DNA from: Raillietiella orientalis
Lineage: Eukaryota
DNA: 64,000 nt
Direction: 5' to 3'
NCBI GenBank assembly: GCA_036172245.1
Contig: JAYWIR010000003.1
Span: 5,084,001-5,148,000, forward strand
The position numbers and the translations under genes are program-made. The notes below the pieces were generated by a model. That model was not told where the DNA came from, searched no databases, and saw nothing but the letters and a program-made list of their open reading frames with translations. Positions 61,301 to 64,000 of the stretch are shown piece after piece; the first letter of the stretch is position 1; every line of letters starts with the position of its first letter.

Positions 61301-61749
61301 CGAAGTGCACCAACAGAGGAAGTTCCGCGAGCCTTGGTCAGTTCTCCAGACGGGAAGCGTCCCTGTTCTTCTCAAGATCACAGGACGTTTCTCCAGAAAC
61401 CATCTGGGTCAGGAGTCCCTTGAGAGCAGCGCTCCTCATTCCTCGAGCTCTTCCTGCAGATTGCCGTCGCGTACGCATCACTTCTCCGCCGATGGGCATC
61501 TGTGACGAGACCGGGCTAAAGATGAGGATGTCAGCACGATCAGTTTGCCTCGTTCACCGGTTCAGGAGACCATCCGTTTCCTGGACACGCTTCCTTCGGA
61601 CCAAATCCAGAAGACTTGTTTTTCCTCCAACTCCACGAATGCCATCTTCTCCACGTCTCGGACACTGTCTGTTAGCGAAGAGGATGGAACTCAAGACCGG
61701 TGAAGACCGGTGGACTCCTAAACTGCCTTGAAAAAAACTCGCCTTCCTC

Positions 61750-64000
61750 TGCCTTTAGCATCCCAGCAATTTTTCTTGACTACTTTGCTGACCCCATGGT
61801 AAACACCATCAGGAGGACTACTGCTGCTGCTCGCGCTTGAGCTGCCACCGCCACCAGAGAAATAAACTCCGTCGCCACGCCATTCGTGGTCTTTTCTCTT
61901 AACATGCACTCTTTCTGGCACGTGATCAGCAGCTGTTCAGAGAGGCTTCTAGACGATGAAGAGCAGCAAACTTCGGTCCTACTGACGTTTCCACATGTTC
62001 GAAATCCTGCAACTCTCAAGAAAACGATTCGTACGAACAGGATCTCAGTCCTACGAATATTTTTCTACTCGAGGTACCTGGCTGTAGGCGTTTAGAGGCT
62101 GTTCGTGTTTAGAGGAAAGCATGTTGGAACCGCAGGTCTTGCTTTCCGTACGGGAATACTCTCTTCCTGCTGTATGCTGACGTCACCGATCCGCGAATCG
62201 ACATTGAGCCGATTGAGACGCGACCCAATCTGCAGCTTTAGCTGTAAAGTGCGCAGACAACGCGCGCGCTGCCCTGAATGCTACTCGAACAGCACTATCC
62301 TTCTCTCGGGGCTCGCCTTTAGATTTTGGTTCAGATGAAAGAGTGGTCTTTGGTTCTTTTTTTCTTTTTCCCACTATCTGCGGAGGGGGACGAGAACGCT
62401 CATCACCGCCTCGTATGCTCGAAGCGTTCGACGCTCAAGCAAAGCCTGGTACGTCCCCGTGAACGAAAAATCACGGATCGCACAGAGTCCCCACCTGCTA
62501 GACGCAGATGTCGACGAAGAGGCTGCTGCCGCTGTCCTTTTGATGCCGGAAACAGAATGCAAGAGTGTTCAAGGGCGGATTTCCCTAGAGGGAGGCAGAT
62601 AGGCCAGCAGATCGCGAAAATCCCAAACATGAGACAACACCTGAGTGGACGGCACAATTAGATTGGTCGGCTGCTCTTTCGGAATCCCATCCCGAAATGC
62701 TTTCTGATCTCGGTAAGTAATCTGCAGGTCGGCGACAACACCATGAGGACCGTCAAGTGCCACGTGAGTCTCGTTCGCCACTGACCTGACCACCAGGAGA
62801 ATGCAGCAGCTTCGCAGGACACGAGCTCAGCTCTCGTACTTCCAAGGGATCTTCGAAAATGCAGCATTCAGAATCCAAGAGCAAATGCCTCGAATCCTAT
62901 CGCGCGTAGGGATTTCCCTACACGAAGATTTTTCACGCGGTTCCGGCGATCCCAAGCGTAGAACTCGACAGCGAGTTTTGGAGAAGCCTACAGTGCTGAC
63001 GTGCGTTTCCGGTACTCCCCGCCTTGGGTGTTTCGGAAGACGAGTTTGCACCCACATCTTAAGAGGAGGCAACATCTGTCATAGGTCCGAAGACTTGAGG
63101 CGCACCAGCGTTCCAAATGCGGGATGCAGAACGAAGCGGAAAAAATTCCAGAAACAAAAAACACCGGAAGTGCGTGCACGCGGGTTCGATCAGAACTGGA
63201 TGCAGCACGAGGATGACCGGCAGTCAGCAGAGTGCTCTTGCGCAGGACAGTGCAAGCAGAATGGCGCAGCGTCAGACCCCAGGTCAACCCACCCTCCCTT
63301 CCCTCCCCAGGTCGACTGATCCAGCTCATCGCGATCACACGCACGGGACCGGAAGGCCCCACATCCCGCCGAAACCTGAACGGGAGCACCTGCCGAGCAC
63401 GGCAGCGCCGGCTCAGTGCGAAGCCCAACGCGGCAGGCAGAAAAAGTTTCGAAAAAATATATTTTCCTGGTAAAAAATACAGGCTTCCATGGAGACTACA
63501 TGATAAGTACGGGATCCGCATCCGAAAGAGGTTCCTGAGTGCCGACTGCTCGAGCTGAAGGGCGACCAGAAGGGGTAGGCAGGCTTTCGCCTTCTCGAGT
63601 CCAATGCGCAGGATCGCGTGGCCCGGAAGTTCTGGATTGCTGGAATCGGGTGGAGTTCGATTTAGCCTGTCCGTTCGCCACGGAAGCCCCCAGTGCGCGA
63701 AGAGATGCAAAGTCGGAATCCTCCGGGGAAAGGTGAGGCGAGAGAGTGTTCTGAAAGACAAAGAGGCAAACGACGTCTAGGTGAGAGGGAGACAGGCGCG
63801 TGCGCATACGAAGCACTCGAGCCCTACGATGAATCTGTGGGATCTGGAAAGCGCCTGAACTTTTCGTGCAGGAAGCCGCTGACCTGCAACACGGAAAACG
63901 CGAATCGTCTTCCTCGCAATCGCTGCTGCGATTTCACCTCTGGCTTGTCCCTGTGCGTGTCGACGGCATCCACCTTCAGAGAGATGCACTCCAGGTCGCA
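61750..64000 (-). mobile_element. Decayed DIRS-like 3' half including tyrosine recombinase remnants; runs off the window end
   Basis: LYFLPGK (RNase H end), VWDFRDLLAYL (cf. WD...VL.YL), KRTAAAASSSTSASSRWGLCAI (cf. K...LLAL.SA.R.S.L..L), FLRVAGFRT (cf. L..AGI.T before HSTR). Confidence 0.52.

Noticed and set aside
1..64000. CRISPR array, rRNA, operon-like or prokaryotic defence system
   Set aside because: No regularly spaced repeats, no rRNA-like sequence and no dense intronless genes. The locus is a spliced eukaryotic region.

Overview
Eukaryotic genomic DNA, almost certainly from an arthropod. It is GC-rich (roughly 60-65% by eye) over 1-47 kb and has an AT-rich block at about 47.8-54.4 kb. 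I can support two intron-containing host genes. (1) A Slowpoke-binding protein (Slob / PXK-like pseudokinase) gene on + (coding about 1803-14909). Its kinase-like exons are well resolved, its N-terminal extension is unfamiliar, and several small internal exons and the last exon(s) are tentative. (2) A small two-exon helix-loop-helix gene on - (26458-25982, 135 aa). It lacks the E-box-reading Glu/Arg residues (Id/Emc-like) and has two perfect GTCACGTGAC palindromes just upstream. The rest is GC-rich non-coding DNA plus heavily decayed retroelements: several DIRS-like relics, three L1/Tx1-like relics, one BEL/Pao relic and possibly a hAT relic. All element calls rest on eroded motifs recognised by eye. 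Most long ORFs in the supplied track are GC-driven artefacts. I found no rRNA, tRNA, CRISPR or prokaryote-type system and cannot claim a new biological system. The best leads are the Id-like HLH gene with its paired CLEAR/E-box, a near CpG-free 1.9 kb block inside the BEL relic, and a 171-bp inverted duplication (7 mismatches) bracketing 2.7 kb of that relic.
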